Source of the DNA: Magallana gigas
Taxonomy: Eukaryota
DNA length: 64,000 bases
Assembly: GCF_963853765.1 (NCBI RefSeq)
Contig: NC_088859.1
Coordinates: 14,384,001-14,448,000, forward strand
Direction of reading: 5' to 3'
The notes beneath the pieces were generated by a model, which was not told the DNA's origin, made no database searches, and was given only the letters and a program-made list of their open reading frames with translations. Positions 61,115-64,000 of this stretch are shown here, in pieces. Position 1 is the first letter of the stretch; every line of letters starts with the position of its first letter. Position numbers and translations under genes: made by a program.

Positions 61115-64000
61115 ATTGGTGACTATGTCTGGAAGTCTTACCACATACCTGTGAAGAGATATCCTTTTTGAATTTTTTAACTTTATTATTAAATTGTAAA
61201 TGTTGTGTTTTAATATTTATCTTTGGCGACTGCTTATCCATATACATGTGTATAATTTGAAGAATTTTCATGTTGGCCTTGCTTATATTATTTAATATTG
61301 ATTTCTTTTTTTTCTTTTACATTTATGGCCTTTCTTAATTTATACCTTTTCAAGAAAAAAGAAATGTTATTTGAACTTGAATAAGTCAACTTGTTAATGA
61401 ATGTAAATTTATTTTGTTACTTAAGTTTTGTTATTGAAATATGGAAGATATTTTGATCTTAACTATAATGGTAACATCTGTATTTACATTACTTAGATAT
61501 GAATACCAGTAGGTAATCCTTGAATTTTTGTCGTTGTTTGCTGACTGCAGTTGCAACAAAATGCTGCACTGTAGTGCATAATATGTATTTTTATCCTGAA
61601 ATGCTACAGCTCAGTTGATTATTTATTGTTTTGAGATACAAAGTCCCCACTAGTACATGTACCATGTACCTTACAGATCTGAATTACGAGTCAGCTGACC
61701 TCTTGTCAGTACATTTATTATTTATTAAATTTGTTTATACATATTTTATTAATCTCCCATACTCATCATTTAAGTACTTTGTATCCTCATTTCATATGAC
61801 TCGCCACTTAAAGTAGAAATTTTGTATGTAGGACTCATCTTGATAATAAGTTCTCAAGTACAATGCTGGAATTGTAAGTGGTGCAAGATAGAGGACACTA
61901 CTTAAGAAGATGCAGGTTATTTTTAAACTGATCTACCCTGTAACTTCCCATTTATCACACAGGAAATGTGCTGTGGCCATCATTTCACACAGTAGCACAT
62001 GTACACTGTTATGTTTTGTTGAAACCCTTGATTAGAAAAAAAGTATTACGGTACATGTATATACTACCATTAGTAGCTGTGGTGAAAAATCTTGTTATTA
62101 ATTTAGTTTCCTGCATTTTACATTAATTTTTTTATACAAAGTGCTGCTTTTACACAATCTCTAATGGTTAACACTCATCATACCAATGGTCTTAATGCAT
62201 GTTTTATGATTTTGTTGTTTTTCTTTATTTTATATGGATGAGAATCATAACAAGTGGGGAATTTTTATTTTTTTTGGCAAAAAGCCAGGCCGCCATTTAT
62301 CTAGGTTAATTACAATTAAAACCATATGTTTCTCACTAGAAGAAAAAATCTGCAACTTGCACTGCACTGCAATGTTTGGTGCATTCTGAAGAATTTGGCA
62401 GTTTGATTACATCGCTGTGATCAAACGATGTACTGTCTTTGTTTTTGCCAATGCTGTGTTGGCAGAATCACTTTCTAATATATTGTAATTGAATCTGGCT
62501 CTATAGCCACTGTAAGCATTTAATGTAAATGATTGAACACTGTTTATTGATTTCTTGGGGAGCATCTATACAGTCAAAGGATCAAGATTCAAGAATATAT
62601 CGATGATGCTCCATAGATCTCTCTCTGGTTGAATGTGAAGATTTTCCTACAATAAGAAGGGGATCTTTTATAATTATATTATATTATATAACAGGAATTT
62701 GGATCATGTAGCCAACAGACTCGGTGTGTCCCATTGTGCATTATGAATTATGATCTGAACTTGAAAGTATGCCAACAGTTATTGGCTTGATTGGAATCTA
62801 GCAAGAGAGAAAATAAAATATCAAAAATGCATCATGCATGGTACACACCACACAGATTACTGGTAAAACGTGTATAATTATATAAAGTATACATACTGGA
62901 TAAATGCAGTTAAATAATTCCTCTGTATAGTGACTGAAAATTGAACATACTACTGAACTTTAACTTCCGTGTTTTATTGTGATCAAATATTGATGCATGT
63001 TTTCTAGACAAATATTTCAACATAATTTGGGGGGGGGGGGGGGGGGGAAGGAATAGTCTGGCCTCACCTGCTGTTATGTTGCATTGTGCATTGTTCTTCA
63101 TATTAATCAATGATGATTGATTTTTATATTTGTTAATTTCCGTGTAGAGAGGTTAAAGCTTATTTTGAATGTACATGTATATAGCTTTAAATGACCATAT
63201 TGATGAAACGTACATCATGTTCATATTTTAATTCTTGTTTATGTATTAATTAAAGTGTGGGAGATACATATTGTTCCTTAATGATATCTGCTACTGTATT
63301 TACCGGTAATATAAAAAAAATACATATATTGATCGTTAGTTACAATGTTATGAGTTAAACCTTGAGGACTAGGTAATCTCATTTGAGCTTAGTAAGGAAA
63401 GAATGCATCATAAAGACTTTATGTATTTAGTCAAAATTTTTCCTAGAGACAGGTTATTGACATATATTTTCTGAAAGATTCAAACTTAAAGAAAAGCCCA
63501 AATTTGACTTAACAAATGATTTTTTTAATTAGGACAGAATTTGAACATGTTTTGTTCAAGTTTTTATAAATAATTAAGGACGGTGTACTACCGACGGTTG
63601 GCCCTTCTTATCTTCACCTCCAGAAGATCTAGGGCTGTTCAAGGTGAAGTGGTCATTATAAACTGTTCCGTCTGTAGCTGCTGGGTATTTATGGCACCCA
63701 GGGCGCCTCTCCCGGTCCTCAGCTAGTCGGTTAGCTCGTGTAATTTTTTTTTCTGTGGGTGCATTTTGTTTGGTTTTGTTGTCTAATCACCTACTGCAGG
63801 CAGGCAGAATTTTTTTTTTTTTTTTTTTATGGGGGGGGGGGGGGGGTGTTCCAAAAAGTCCTTTTTTTGGGGGGGGGGGTTGTTCCAAAAAGTCTTTTTT
63901 AAGCAGAGGAATAGGATCACAGCTTCAATTATATATACAATTTTAAAAAAAAAAATGAAAAATAAGAGAGGATAGATACCCAGGCAAAAAGTTGTGCCCT

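Noticed and set aside
63580-63735. GC-richer segment with a weak tRNA A-box-like AGCTAGTCGGTTAG
   Set aside because: No B-box follows; probably a repeat fragment that I cannot classify.
1-64000. Very frequent TACATGTA octamer and G/C homopolymer runs
   Set aside because: Appears to be a background compositional feature spread evenly over introns and repeats, not locus-specific.

Overview
AT-rich, intron-containing eukaryotic DNA, probably from a bivalve mollusc (oyster-like; inferred from repeat families and composition, not proven). I reconstructed eight protein-coding genes by hand from splice sites and reading-frame phase, in strictly alternating orientation: Kir channel (-), FAM220-like/ankyrin protein (+), DPH2 (-), NAA60 (+), REXO5-like exonuclease (-), ERI2 (+), BTB-BACK-Kelch (-) and an SLC16/MCT transporter (+). 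Most notable observations: (1) a 5.85-kb Mutator-like element with ~500-bp TIRs and an exact 9-bp TSD, inserted into what would otherwise be a ~260-bp DPH2/NAA60 bidirectional promoter and carrying nested elements; (2) two intronic tandem arrays seeded from exon-intron junctions, with donors intact in NAA60 and donors killed by GT>AT in REXO5; (3) a head-to-head ERI2/REXO5 pair, as I recall in human; (4) an AT-AC U12 intron and a start-stop-overlapping uORF in NAA60; (5) a putative invertebrate FAM220/SIPAR-like domain fused to ankyrin repeats. There is one assembly gap (11357-11498). I saw no prokaryote-type system (CRISPR, operon, rRNA). Homology statements come from recalled family motifs, not database searches.
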